Shown one piece after another: positions 28,268 through 38,409 of a DNA stretch of 50,972 nucleotides. Position 1 is the stretch's first letter. Every line of letters starts with the position of its first letter. Both the position numbers and the translations under genes were made by a program. The notes below the pieces were generated by a model, which did not search any database, was not told the DNA's origin, and saw only the letters and a list, made by a program, of their open reading frames with translations. Source of the stretch: a virus; IMG/VR virus record IMGVR_UViG_3300042975_000098. One strand, written 5' to 3'.

Positions 28268-29212
28268 ATGGATAAGATCAAAGCGTTGTGGCGTGCCACG
28301 ACCCCCGGCGTTGGCGGCAAGCCGGCGCAGGCCTCCATCGTCGTGAACGTCATGGAGGAGACGGGCATCAAGACGTACACCATCCTCGACAGCCAGGTCG
28401 GATTCAAGGAGATCGAGGCCGTGTTCAAGGCCATGACCTCCGAGGATCACGATTCCGAATCGTTCCGCAATCACGCCGCGGAGATCATCAACATCGCCCG
28501 CAAGAACGAGAACATCGTCGGCATCGCGGTCGGGGCGTTCCAGAACCTCGGGGCGGCGGGCGGCCGGCTCACCCGCAAGGGCAACCGCATACTCTTCGAC
28601 TACGAGCCCATCGACTCCACGCTCGAGCAGACGGTCCTCCATGTCCTCGACACGAACGACGCGGAGAACTGGAAGCCGCTGCTCAGGTTCATCGAGAACC
28701 TGTACTCGAACACCACCGAGTACGTCCGCCAGCAGTTGTTCTCGTGGCTCCGCTCGTGCTTCGACGACAGTTCCACGAGCGGGTTCCCCATCACCGAGGA
28801 CGGCTGCTTCATCGGCTACAAGGGGTGTATGAGCATCGACGGCCACCCGGCGAGCATCAACACCGGGTTCGGCATCGTCAACGGCGCCGAATCGACCGGC
28901 CATCTCGACAACAGCATCGGCAACGTGGTGGAGATGCCGCGCCGCATGGTCACCGATGACCCTGCACTCGCGTGCTCCAAGGGACTCCACGTGGGAACGT
29001 GGGGGTACGCGTCCGCGTTCTCCGCGGGCTACGTGCTCAAGGTGAAGGTCGACCCCGCCGATGTCGTCAGCATCCCCGAGGACTGCCACGCCCAGAAGCT
29101 CCGGTGCTGCCGGTACAAGGTGCTCTCTGTGGTGGAGACGCCGACCAACGACGTCATCGATCATGATGACGATTACTACGATAATATAATGACGATGACG
29201 ATGACTGATTAG
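28268..29212 (+). CDS. rIIB: rIIB-like protein
   Basis: QLFSWL..PITEDGCFIGYK..NSIGNVVEMPR..CSKGLHVG..VDPADVVSIP.D...KLRCCRYKV. Confidence 0.92.
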   Translation: MDKIKALWRATTPGVGGKPAQASIVVNVMEETGIKTYTILDSQVGFKEIEAVFKAMTSEDHDSESFRNHAAEIINIARKNENIVGIAVGAFQNLGAAGGRLTRKGNRILFDYEPIDSTLEQTVLHVLDTNDAENWKPLLRFIENLYSNTTEYVRQQLFSWLRSCFDDSSTSGFPITEDGCFIGYKGCMSIDGHPASINTGFGIVNGAESTGHLDNSIGNVVEMPRRMVTDDPALACSKGLHVGTWGYASAFSAGYVLKVKVDPADVVSIPEDCHAQKLRCCRYKVLSVVETPTNDVIDHDDDYYDNIMTMTMTD

Positions 29213-29305
29213 TCGGCGGCGGTCGCCATCACGGCCCGGCGTGCCCTACAGGCATGGCCGGGCCGTGTCATGCCCGATGACCCCACGCCACGATATTGCC
29301 CGCGC

Positions 29306-29673
29306 ATGGCCTTGATGATAGAAACGGTCGATGACCGGCTCCCCTCGGACTTCGCGTCGGCGGTCGCTGGCGACGATCGGCTAGAAGGGTTCGACGCGAA
29401 GACTGTCGGCATCGAACACATGGTCGGTACGGTGGCCGATGGCGATTGCGTCATCAGCTCAGCCTCGCCGCCGACGGGCCGACGACATGCTCGCTCGCCG
29501 ACGGCGGGTTCGCCATCAGCGCCGCCATGGACGCCGGGCCGGGCGATGTGGTGGCGGTCATGCTCGACGTGTTCGAGCATGATGGCGACGTGGACGCGGT
29601 GAACGGGTCCACGCCGGCGCCGGCCGAGGGCGATCGCCCGCGGCACGGTCGCCACGCCGCGGGACCGCGCTGA
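29306..29673 (+). pseudogene. Hypothetical protein, apparent frameshift at ~29447
   Basis: GATATT-N8-ATG; GC3-biased frame switches mid-gene. Confidence 0.5.
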
Positions 29674-29701
29674 TATTGCCCACAGGCATAGGAGGGAACA
29701 G

Positions 29702-30334
29702 ATGAATCCATTCGAGGAGGGGCGAAACCCCGTCATGGTGCCGATAGACGAGAGGCATGGTGCGACCGCGGGGTATGATGGCGGCGGCGAACCGCCGGCC
29801 GGCGTTCGCGTGTCGCCGTTCTCCATGTCCAGAATGCCAGACTTCAATGACGCTGAGCAGTCGATCGATGACGATGGCCACGCGGATGACGCCGAGGACG
29901 TTCCGTCGACGGTCGGCTCGATGACGTGGCTGACGACGTCACGGCCCCCGTTGATGACGTGGAGCGGCCCGTCGAACCGGTGGCAACAGATGTTGACGGT
30001 GATGGCGACACCAACAAGGCCGACGCCGCCGGCGAGACCGTGGCCCATGCCGGCGGGCTGGACCCGATGGCGGTGGCTGCGCTCGCGTTGTCGTGGATGC
30101 CGCTGGTTGGCGTGGTGCTCGGGTTCGTATCGTTCACTGCGGTACTCCCGGGGACGGTATGACCGCGGGCGCTGGCTGGCGGTGCTGGCCATCGTGGTCT
30201 CTCTGGCGCTGCTGGCGCTCGCGGCCGCCGTGTACGTGTATGAGATGCGTACCATGGGTTCGCCGGCGCCGACGGTGAGCAGCGGCGTGTACGTGGACAG
30301 GACCCCGTCGCCATCGGCGGTATCGACGGCCTGA
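29702..30334 (+). CDS. Membrane protein (DUF4190-like), probably two compensating frameshifts
   Basis: GGAGGG SD; LDPMAVAALALSWMPLVGVVLGFVS in the alternate frame, then RGRWLAVLAIVVS. Confidence 0.55.
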   Translation: MNPFEEGRNPVMVPIDERHGATAGYDGGGEPPAGVRVSPFSMSRMPDFNDAEQSIDDDGHADDAEDVPSTVGSMTWLTTSRPPLMTWSGPSNRWQQMLTVMATPTRPTPPARPWPMPAGWTRWRWLRSRCRGCRWLAWCSGSYRSLRYSRGRYDRGRWLAVLAIVVSLALLALAAAVYVYEMRTMGSPAPTVSSGVYVDRTPSPSAVSTA

Positions 30335-30449
30335 CGGGTGTCACCTGGGGTTCATGGGCAGGCGCGGCACGGTGTGTCGCGCCTGTTGCGTTTTATCGGG
30401 GCATGGTGTATGATGGCGATGAACGTTGAATAAATGGGAGGGAACCATA

Positions 30450-31643
30450 GTGGCCAACGCAGTGAAAACGAAGAACGACCAGGTGAGTCAGATCGATGGC
30501 ATTCTGAAGTCCGCGCAGGCGGAGAACAAGTCCGATGCGGATCGGATAGCATCGTCCGCCGAGTCCCAGATCGAGAGCATCATGTCCCTGAAGGTGGGAA
30601 CCGATGATTTCGGCGAGCTTCATGACCGGTATTCCCGGTACGGCTCCGATGAACTTGACCGGCTCATGGATGCCAGCGACGGCAAGGAACAGATCAACAC
30701 GAAGATCGATAAGACGATCCGTCAGATGGAGAGCGGCAGCGAGTCGAGCAAGCACGCCGCGAACGTGCTGAGCAACCTGTCACGGCAGCTGGATGATCTG
30801 AACGTGAACCGTCTGGTCCACCGGCCGAAGAGCGCCGTGCTCCGAAAGATCTACGACCCGCTCCGCTCGTTCACCACGAAGAGCAAGAAGACCGGCAAGG
30901 TCATCGGCGACATCATGGGCGACTTGGAGAAGATGAACAACCAACTGTACTACGAGATCATCCAGTACAGGAAGGACCAGGTGCTCGCCCGCAAGATCGT
31001 GACCGTATCCATGCGCAAGGGCGCGGAGGCCGAGGCCATCGCCACGGCGCTCGCCGCGAAGATCGATGCCATGGAGAAGTCTGGCGAGGACCCGGAGATG
31101 ATGTTCGCCCTGAAATCGAACGTGCTCGCTGCCATCACGCGGCGCTCGCTCGACCTGTATCAGATCGCGCAGACGTACGCGCAGTACATCGTCACCTCCG
31201 ATGTCCTCATCAAGGTCCACGAGAAGATGACGGATGAGATCAGCAGCGCCAAGGAGGTCAGCGTCGTCCAGTTCAGGAACGCCGTCCGCATCGCGCAGGG
31301 CATCTCCACCGAGGAGACCGCGCTCAAGATGACGACCGCGCTCAAGGAGGCCAGCAGCAACCTCACCAAGGCGAACTCCGCGGCCCTGTCGGATTCCGTG
31401 CAGAAGATCTACGATTCCGCGCAGACCTCAAGCGGCAGCATCGAGGACATGATGGCGAGCATCGACTCCGTGTGCAACACCATCGACACCATGCACAAGC
31501 GCGAGGCCGAGACCGCCGACATCCTGCTCGGCGAGATCGGCAAGTACAAGGACGCGACCGAGTACATGCAGAAGCGCATCCAGCAGACCAAACTGGCCAA
31601 CGATCAGAAGACCGCCCTGATGAAGTCGCTGGACGCCAAGTGA
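30450..31643 (+). CDS. telA: Toxic anion resistance protein (TelA/KlaB family)
   Basis: All-helical coiled coil with TelA-like layout; GGGAGG SD before GTG. Confidence 0.7.
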   Translation: MANAVKTKNDQVSQIDGILKSAQAENKSDADRIASSAESQIESIMSLKVGTDDFGELHDRYSRYGSDELDRLMDASDGKEQINTKIDKTIRQMESGSESSKHAANVLSNLSRQLDDLNVNRLVHRPKSAVLRKIYDPLRSFTTKSKKTGKVIGDIMGDLEKMNNQLYYEIIQYRKDQVLARKIVTVSMRKGAEAEAIATALAAKIDAMEKSGEDPEMMFALKSNVLAAITRRSLDLYQIAQTYAQYIVTSDVLIKVHEKMTDEISSAKEVSVVQFRNAVRIAQGISTEETALKMTTALKEASSNLTKANSAALSDSVQKIYDSAQTSSGSIEDMMASIDSVCNTIDTMHKREAETADILLGEIGKYKDATEYMQKRIQQTKLANDQKTALMKSLDAK

Positions 31644-31798
31644 CCACGGATGCGGTTCGTCGGCGCGGGCCACGTGGCCGGTGGGGTTCCCTCCCGGCAC
31701 TGGCCACGTCATCGGCGCTGACGTCGGCAACAAGCCCCCGGATTGATGGATCATCCAATCCGTCCGGGGCCTGTTGTATCTTGGACCGGTATATTAGC

Positions 31799-32965
31799 AT
31801 GACGCAATCACATGGGATTCGGAAAGAAGGAGTAATGATATCATCACCAGCGGCGCGGACGGTCGCCAACATCGTCATCGGAGCGGTAGCGCTCATCGGG
31901 GTCACATCGCTGACCATCACGGGAAACGTGGTCCACGCGGACCAGCTGAGGGACGCGGACATACGATACTCGCGGGCGATCGCCGCCGACAGGGTTGGCT
32001 ACGACAGCCTGAAGACGGCGCTGTCATCCGCGGCGCCCGCTGCCAGCCTCAAATCGTCCGACGTCGACGATCCGGGCATGCTCGCCATGTTCCAAGCGTC
32101 ATACGCGTCGACGCGCGGCATCGAGAAGCCGCTGTACGCGACGGCGAACGCGCGCGGCGCCGACGAGAACGCGCTTGACGCCGCCTCCGACCGGCTTGAC
32201 GCGCAGCGCGTCTCGTATGCGACCGCCGCCGATGGCGTTCGTCTCAACTCGACGCAGGTCATGGCCTCGCATCATCGTCGGCTTGTGGCGAACGCGAAGG
32301 CGGCGCTTGACGGCGAGATCGCGAAAGCCCGCTCGCTCATGTCGGCGAGCGAAGGCAACGTGGATGACGAGTCTGCGCGCACCGACCTGATGAATGCCAT
32401 CAAGAAGGCGATGGCGGCGCCGGCTGATGACATCAATGGCATGGATTCGCTGCGATCATCGTTGACCAGCGCGGAGAACGGCGCCACCGCGGCCGTGAAC
32501 GCTCGTTCTGCCCGCGTACAGGCCGAGCAGCGGGCGGCGGCGGAGGCCAGCGCACAGGCGTCGGCCGGAGCATATCGGTCGAACGGGTCCTCATCATACT
32601 CTGGTTCATCGTCCCGTTCATACGCATCGAATGGATCATCCTCGTCAGCCGGCGGCTACTGGTCGAGCGGCTCGTGCACGCCGACCGCGGAGAACGGCTG
32701 GTGCCAGGGTGCCGTCGATACCGGTGGTCTGATCAACAACTCGTATTACGGTGGTGCCACGAACATCTACGCGCAGCATGACCTCACCGGCGGCGATTGG
32801 ATCAATCATCTGAGCAACGGTCAGACGTTCAATCTTAATGGCCAGACGTACAAGGTCGTGAGCAACGCCGTCAATCAGACGACGGCGCCGTCATCCGGCA
32901 CGTATATGCAGACCTGCACCAACAATGGGCAGGGTATAAGGCTGGTGGGCATTCAGAAGCAGTAG
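31799..32965 (+). CDS. Membrane-anchored coiled-coil protein with C-terminal sortase-like domain
   Basis: N-terminal TM, Ala-rich helices, Ser-rich linker, then YAQH...TYKVV...YMQTC...IRLV; start uncertain (31799 or 31835). Confidence 0.65.
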   Translation: MTQSHGIRKEGVMISSPAARTVANIVIGAVALIGVTSLTITGNVVHADQLRDADIRYSRAIAADRVGYDSLKTALSSAAPAASLKSSDVDDPGMLAMFQASYASTRGIEKPLYATANARGADENALDAASDRLDAQRVSYATAADGVRLNSTQVMASHHRRLVANAKAALDGEIAKARSLMSASEGNVDDESARTDLMNAIKKAMAAPADDINGMDSLRSSLTSAENGATAAVNARSARVQAEQRAAAEASAQASAGAYRSNGSSSYSGSSSRSYASNGSSSSAGGYWSSGSCTPTAENGWCQGAVDTGGLINNSYYGGATNIYAQHDLTGGDWINHLSNGQTFNLNGQTYKVVSNAVNQTTAPSSGTYMQTCTNNGQGIRLVGIQKQ

Positions 32966-32967
32966 CC

Positions 32968-33030
32968 CATGGTGATCGGCGTGGGGCCGGCGGTTGGATA
33001 CGAACCGCCGGCCCTACACCAATCACCATG
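32968..33030. terminator. Long hairpin between convergent genes
   Basis: CATGGTGAT..GGGCCGGCGGTT-GGATACG-AACCGCCGGCCC..ATCACCATG. Confidence 0.6.
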
Positions 33031-33142
33031 TTTACTCGATCAAATCCGATGGCTTCGCCAATGGTACCGGCGACTTCTCCGGGACCATTCTCATGAACGA
33101 CGGCACCGGGTGGAGCGGGTCGGACATGATCAAATACAGTTG

Positions 33143-34784
33143 CTAGAAACCGTTATTCTTGGTTGGACCCGCCGCCGCTATCGAGTATCCTCGTTCACGG
33201 CGACCCTGGTTCCTAGCAGGGGTATGACCGTCGCCTCTCGGACGACGGGAGCGAACCGTCTGTAACACGGTGCTCAACCCGAATCTGTTGTTCTTGTGAA
33301 GCTTCCCCAGTCCGCGGAGCGCTATGATGAAGCCCGCCGCGTCATCCTTGTCACCAGTGTACCCGCACGTGTCGCATGTGAAGGAGTGGGTCCTAGTATC
33401 CGCATCATACGCGGCGTGGCACGCGGGGCACTCATGGCTCGTGCGGGCCGGGTTCACCTTCACCGTCCTGATGCCGCGGCGCGCGGCGAGATGCTCCACG
33501 CGCGCCTGCTGTCGTCCGTGCCTGAACTTCACGGGACCGCCGCCTGACCATGAGAGCTCCTCCACGGCGAGGACGTCGCCGGGACGGCAGTGCTTCACGA
33601 TCGAGTCCGCGGCGGCCCAGTCCATCGCGTCCTTCAGCGCCTCCAGCTTCTCATGAAGATGGACGGCGCTGTCCACGAGCCGCTGATTCGCCGCAGGCTC
33701 ATGATCCTGCCGGATACTCGAGAGCTTCGCAAGCACCGCTCGCTCCTTCTCCTGAAGTACGAGAACATGATGCTGGAGGGACGATCCCTCATGGCTCAGC
33801 GTGAGCGGACCGCTCACGTCTCCGTTCAGGCCGACGCGGCGACCCGCCATCACCGCGTGCGACTCCATCCCGATATCGACCCCGACGACGGATCGGACCT
33901 TCTTCCTCACTGAGGGTAGCGTGGACTTGATCGTGAAGGTGAACCGTACGCCATCCGTCACCGGGTCGAACGATATAGTATTGGAAGTGCGTGAGATCCC
34001 GGCTCGGATCTTACCATTAACATCTTCATCATACGTTACTTCAAATGAGTGCTTGATATTGGGAACAGACTGGATCGTTCCGCGACTGATCCTGCCCGTC
34101 TGCAGGGCGCGGCGCGGGTATCTCGCGCGGAATCCACGGCGCGTGCCATGCGAAGCTTAGCCACGCCCTGCCGATGTTCACGTCATCCCAATGTAGGACC
34201 CCGGTCTTACGATCATACCATGGTGACCCCGAGCACCGGGATGCCATCTTTGAGTAGATGATCCGCGCCGAATCCACGTTGGGTAGAGACGGCCTTACCT
34301 GCATCCTCCGCACGTTGGACCATAACTGGTGATCCAGATACTCATACCCGTTCTTCTTCCTGAAGTCACTGAATCCGAGGGATGAATCTTTTTGAATCTC
34401 GTCAAACAACCTTGAACGTTGGATCCATGGGGCGAGTATTCTCCACGCTTCAAGCTGATCGCCAATAAGACTCCATGCCGTGTTAGACCACTCTGCCGTC
34501 CTACTTGCTTTCACACTAGCGGGTATCGTGATGTTCTTGCGGATCAGAGGGTCGGAGTATCTTGATCCTGACGACAGGTCCTCTGGGTCCACGTTCCTGT
34601 TGACCTTGATGATCGCGTTCTGGTCCTGCGTCTGGGTCTTCAGGATGCTCATGACGTAAGACCGCCATGACGTCACAACAGGCTGCTGACTGCCGGGCGT
34701 CGGGGTGATGATCGCGTCATCCAGATTCAGGTTGAGCGCCATACTGACGGTCTTACTCTTCCTCACGATCAGCCAGCTCCTCAT
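33143..34784 (-). pseudogene. tnpB: Divergent large TnpB, frameshift at ~34150
   Basis: VGVDIG / LAVEELS / DKDDAAGFIIA RuvC motifs; CPAC..CDTC Zn finger; N-half in a different frame. Confidence 0.8.
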
Positions 34785-35250
34785 TATCAAGCACGGTGAT
34801 CGTCACTCCGTACGCGGTTAACAGTCTTTCCAGATACGAGAATCCGAACCTTGTAAGACGATCCTTCGCGGTGATGCAGATTCGTGAATACTTGTGATCC
34901 TCCGCGTCATCGAGGAGCTTTATCAACCCCGGTCGACCCTCGCGAATGCCCGATGCGATGTCCTTGTATACCTTGGCCGGTGTTCCATAAGCTGATGCGA
35001 GCTTCCTCACCTGATCGTCAACCGTGTTAGTATGACCAGACACTCTAGTGTAGAATACGGTAACGGGAGTATCTGGCACAGGCTTGACACCGAGAAGAGT
35101 GTCAAGACTCTCCTTGGAGTATAACTTCATACCGCCCGGTGTCTTCGCAACCGGAGTGATCTTACCCTCCATCACGTACCGCCTTAGCGTGGAGTCCACC
35201 ACCCCAAGATACTCGGCCGCTTCCCTTGGCCTGTACATTCCGTTTCTCAT
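34753..35250 (-). pseudogene. tnpA: IS607 transposase, C-terminally truncated
   Basis: YRPREAAEYLGV..TLRRY..TPGG, FYTRVS, DIASG..RPGL, KDRLTRFGFSYLE; stops at REEE, before the usual SF.ARLYG helix. Confidence 0.85.
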
Positions 35251-35389
35251 GTGGTATATTATATCACGGTAGTAACGCCAATGACACGAAAACAGGTATC
35301 TAATGAGTACAACGCGACGTGCCCGAAGTCGTGACTCCTGATTTGACACCGATGCCATTCGCGGCTACGATGTTCCTCGTACTCAGTAA

Positions 35390-36110
35390 ATCACGGGGAT
35401 CGCTTCGTCGATTCCCCACAGGCGAGGAGGTCATCGGTGGTAGCCGACGATGCGATCGTGTCTCCTCAGCGGAGGCCTACCATATGCAATCAGAAGACGC
35501 ATTATTCACCCGGTCCATCGCCATGGCGACCCGCCCGATCGCGAGGAAGACGTGGTGCGCGCGTCACCGCCCGTCGACCATATCGGACCTCTCCAAGGCC
35601 GAGCATCACTGTAACAGGAACAACATCGCCGGGTTCATGCGCTACCTTCAGGCGACGCCGACCGGAGACAGCGCGAGCGTAAACGGGTACGCGGCAGCCG
35701 AGAGACTGAAGTTCTGCATCAGCGAGTTCCATTCCCGTTTCGTCAACATGCTGATCGACGATTACGACCTCCCATGGGGATCGGATTACGATTGCTGCTA
35801 CGCCGAGGACCTATGGCTTGATGAGGACAGCGAGCGCGAGTGGCGCCTTCGTCGTAACCCGCCCGCATCGAGCATGAACAAACGGTTCACCGGGGATATC
35901 GTCATGTCGGTCAGCGTGCCGGGCGATGCGATCAACGGTCTCCACGGCGTCATGGCCTCGCTCCGGGCGGCCGCGGTGCTGCCGATCGTCAACGAGATCG
36001 GCATAGGGTCCGAGGAGTTCGTTCGGCGTGACGGTTCCTGGTATCATAGGGTATACGACGGCGTGTACCCGCGCCGACTCGATATCATCGGAACGGAGGA
36101 CAGCATATGA
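35390..36110 (+). CDS. Hypothetical protein (start uncertain)
   Basis: Open frame 35319..36110 with plausible codon bias in the 3' part. Confidence 0.45.
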
Positions 36111-36372
36111 GTGGAAGGCGTCGATCATCCGAGCGCGAGCGCGAGCGGGATGCCGAGCGCGCACGGGACGAGGAGTACCGCGAGCACAGGAAGCGCGCCG
36201 CGCGGTTCAGAACGATCATGGTGCGCGTCATCGCGTCGCTGGTGGCCGTATCGTTCCTGTCGGCATTGGTGGTATCCTCCCTATGAAATACGCCGCAGAC
36301 AGACGTCGCGGGAAGCCGAACGGACATGTCGCCGGTCGCCGTCCGACCGTCGGCGATATAATCATAGGCAAT

Positions 36373-37080
36373 ATGACAAGTAGAACGATACGGAAAACAC
36401 TGGCTTCGCTGGTGGTTCTCGCCATCTTATCGCTGGGATGGTCGTCGGCGTCCCATCAGGCGCAGGCGGAGACGGTCCTCGGCAACGGCCGAACATCGGG
36501 CATCCAGCAGCGACAACGGCATGAGCGGCGGCATAGGCTGAAGGCAGTCGCCACTACGAGCGAGGGCCACTGGTCGTTGCCGGAATCCGATATGGGCGTC
36601 AACCTCATTAAACAGGCTGATGCGCAGACGAAGGCCATCAACGACCGCAAGGCGCAGGAGGCCAAGGACAAGGCCGATGCCGATGCGGCGGCCGCTAAGG
36701 CCAAGGCCGAAGCCGATGCGGCGACTGCGGCGGCGTCACGGTCGGACACGCGTGACGATCTGCCCTCGGCTGTTCCCGCCAGCGGTGGTTCCGCTTCGGA
36801 TGCGGTGGCCTACGCGCAGTCGGCCATGAGCACGACCGAGTACGAGTGCATCGCTCACATCATCACGAATGAGAGCGGTTGGAACGTGAACGCTACGAAC
36901 GCATCATCGGGCGCGTACGGGCTCGGACAGGCGCTACCGGGTTCCAAGATGGCATCGGCTGGCGCGGACTGGCAGTCCAACGGGGTCACTCAGATGAAGT
37001 GGACGATCGGCTACGTCAACTCGCGATACGGTGGCGCCTGCAATGCATGGTCGTTCTGGCAGGCGAACCATTACTACTGA
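36373..37080 (+). CDS. Secreted lytic transglycosylase / aggregation-promoting-factor-like protein
   Basis: Signal peptide; ESGWNVNATNASSGAYGLGQALPGSKMASAGADW..N..TQMKW...Y...RYG. Confidence 0.9.
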   Translation: MTSRTIRKTLASLVVLAILSLGWSSASHQAQAETVLGNGRTSGIQQRQRHERRHRLKAVATTSEGHWSLPESDMGVNLIKQADAQTKAINDRKAQEAKDKADADAAAAKAKAEADAATAAASRSDTRDDLPSAVPASGGSASDAVAYAQSAMSTTEYECIAHIITNESGWNVNATNASSGAYGLGQALPGSKMASAGADWQSNGVTQMKWTIGYVNSRYGGACNAWSFWQANHYY

Positions 37081-37095
37081 TATTCGACCGGCATC

Positions 37096-37890
37096 ATGGG
37101 CAGAGTACTCACATGCACGTTCATCGTGCCGGTCAAGAAATACAAGGGCAGCAACACCATGTCCGGCAACCGGTTCCTCGCCGAGGCGAAGACCAGATGG
37201 CTGCGCGGGTACGGTGAGACCGTGTGGGCCGAAGCCATCAGGGAGCAGCACGGCATCGTCGCCGTCGAGCCGGCCCCGGAATCATATGTGATCGAACGCA
37301 CGCCGACGCAGGAGGAGACCGACATCGGCGCGCAGCTTGCCGAGCGGAAGGCGATCGTCGATGACAGGGCGAGACTATGCGCGCAACTCTCGGGGATGAA
37401 GCCCCGGATGACCATACGGGCCGGCGCCACCCATGAGACGATAGACTTGTGGGTGGCCGATCTGCGGAACGCGAACGCCGACCTCCGCGTGGCCCGCAAG
37501 TCCATGACGGCGCTCCAGCACGAGCATGACAAACTGGTCAAGCATAACAGCGGGCACGCAGCCACCATGGAACGTAAGCGTTACCTCAAGGAGAAGAAAC
37601 GTCTCAACGAGGGCAATCTCCTGTTCCCCGGCCAGGTCGTGGTGCGCGTCCGGTCGAACGTCGTGACCAACCATGAGTTCGACGCACCGAACTCATGGCC
37701 GGCGGTGAAGCCACTGCAGGACGGGGGCACCGACACCTGCGTCCTCTGGCATGATGACAACAACGACTTCATCGTCCGCACCGAGTTCTACGGCGGTCAT
37801 AAGGCCAGCCGCGACAATTACGTCATCGAGATGATAGCGGAGTCCGTTGAGGGGTTCCATGACCCGTTCGGTGCTAAGATAGTATTATGA
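37096..37890 (+). CDS. rusA: RusA-like Holliday junction resolvase with coiled-coil insertion
   Basis: FDAPNSWPAVKPLQDG......LWHDDN fits the RusA DxxN....K...D....DD pattern. Confidence 0.65.
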   Translation: MGRVLTCTFIVPVKKYKGSNTMSGNRFLAEAKTRWLRGYGETVWAEAIREQHGIVAVEPAPESYVIERTPTQEETDIGAQLAERKAIVDDRARLCAQLSGMKPRMTIRAGATHETIDLWVADLRNANADLRVARKSMTALQHEHDKLVKHNSGHAATMERKRYLKEKKRLNEGNLLFPGQVVVRVRSNVVTNHEFDAPNSWPAVKPLQDGGTDTCVLWHDDNNDFIVRTEFYGGHKASRDNYVIEMIAESVEGFHDPFGAKIVL

Positions 37891-37933
37891 CGGTTCATCG
37901 TGAACCGTTGCTATCATTACGATTGGAGCATCC

Positions 37934-38380
37934 ATGGGTTTTGAACTGAAGTGCCGTCTCACCGATCCGACCGCCACGATACCGGTCCGCCATCACGGCG
38001 GCTCGGATGCGGGAGCCGACCTCTCGAGCATAGAGTCGTTCGACCTGAATCCGGGTGATCGCCGGCTCGCGTCGACGGGCGTGAGCGTGGAGATACCCAG
38101 TGGCATGCTCGGCTTCGTGGTGCCGCGCTCCGGTCTGGCCGCGCAGCATGGCATCACCATCGTCAACGCTCCGGGACTCATCGACTCGGGCTATCGCGGC
38201 GAGATCATGGTGTGCTTGTTGAACACGTCATCCAAGACATGGCATGTCAACGTGGGCGACCGAATCGCGCAGCTTGTGGTCCAGTCCTTCGTCCAGGCCA
38301 CGTTCGTCGCCGTCGATCGCCTGGACGACAGCGATCGCGGCGAGCGTGGTTTCGGCTCCACGGGGGTCGCCGGCCGGTAA
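37934..38380 (+). CDS. dut: Trimeric dUTPase
   Basis: DAGADL, PRSGLA, NAPGLIDSGYRGEI, GDRIAQL, RGERGFGSTG. Confidence 0.97.
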   Translation: MGFELKCRLTDPTATIPVRHHGGSDAGADLSSIESFDLNPGDRRLASTGVSVEIPSGMLGFVVPRSGLAAQHGITIVNAPGLIDSGYRGEIMVCLLNTSSKTWHVNVGDRIAQLVVQSFVQATFVAVDRLDDSDRGERGFGSTGVAGR

Positions 38381-38409
38381 ACCGCCGTCACTGACGATAT
38401 TCAGGTAAC

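Larger units (their letters stand above)
33031..35318 (-). mobile_element. Second IS607-family element (ends approximate), degenerate
   Basis: tnpA plus divergent tnpB; lower GC than flanks. Confidence 0.8.

Noticed and set aside
24092-29164. Long minus-strand ORFs (562, 493, 354 aa) and similar shadow ORFs elsewhere
   Set aside because: Antisense shadows of high-GC genes with recognised motifs on the plus strand
29155-29212. GAT/GAC microsatellite at the rIIB end
   Set aside because: Acidic low-complexity coding tail, probably with a small indel
32968-33030. tRNA (GGTTCGTATCC T-loop-like on the minus strand)
   Set aside because: Folds as one long hairpin, not a cloverleaf
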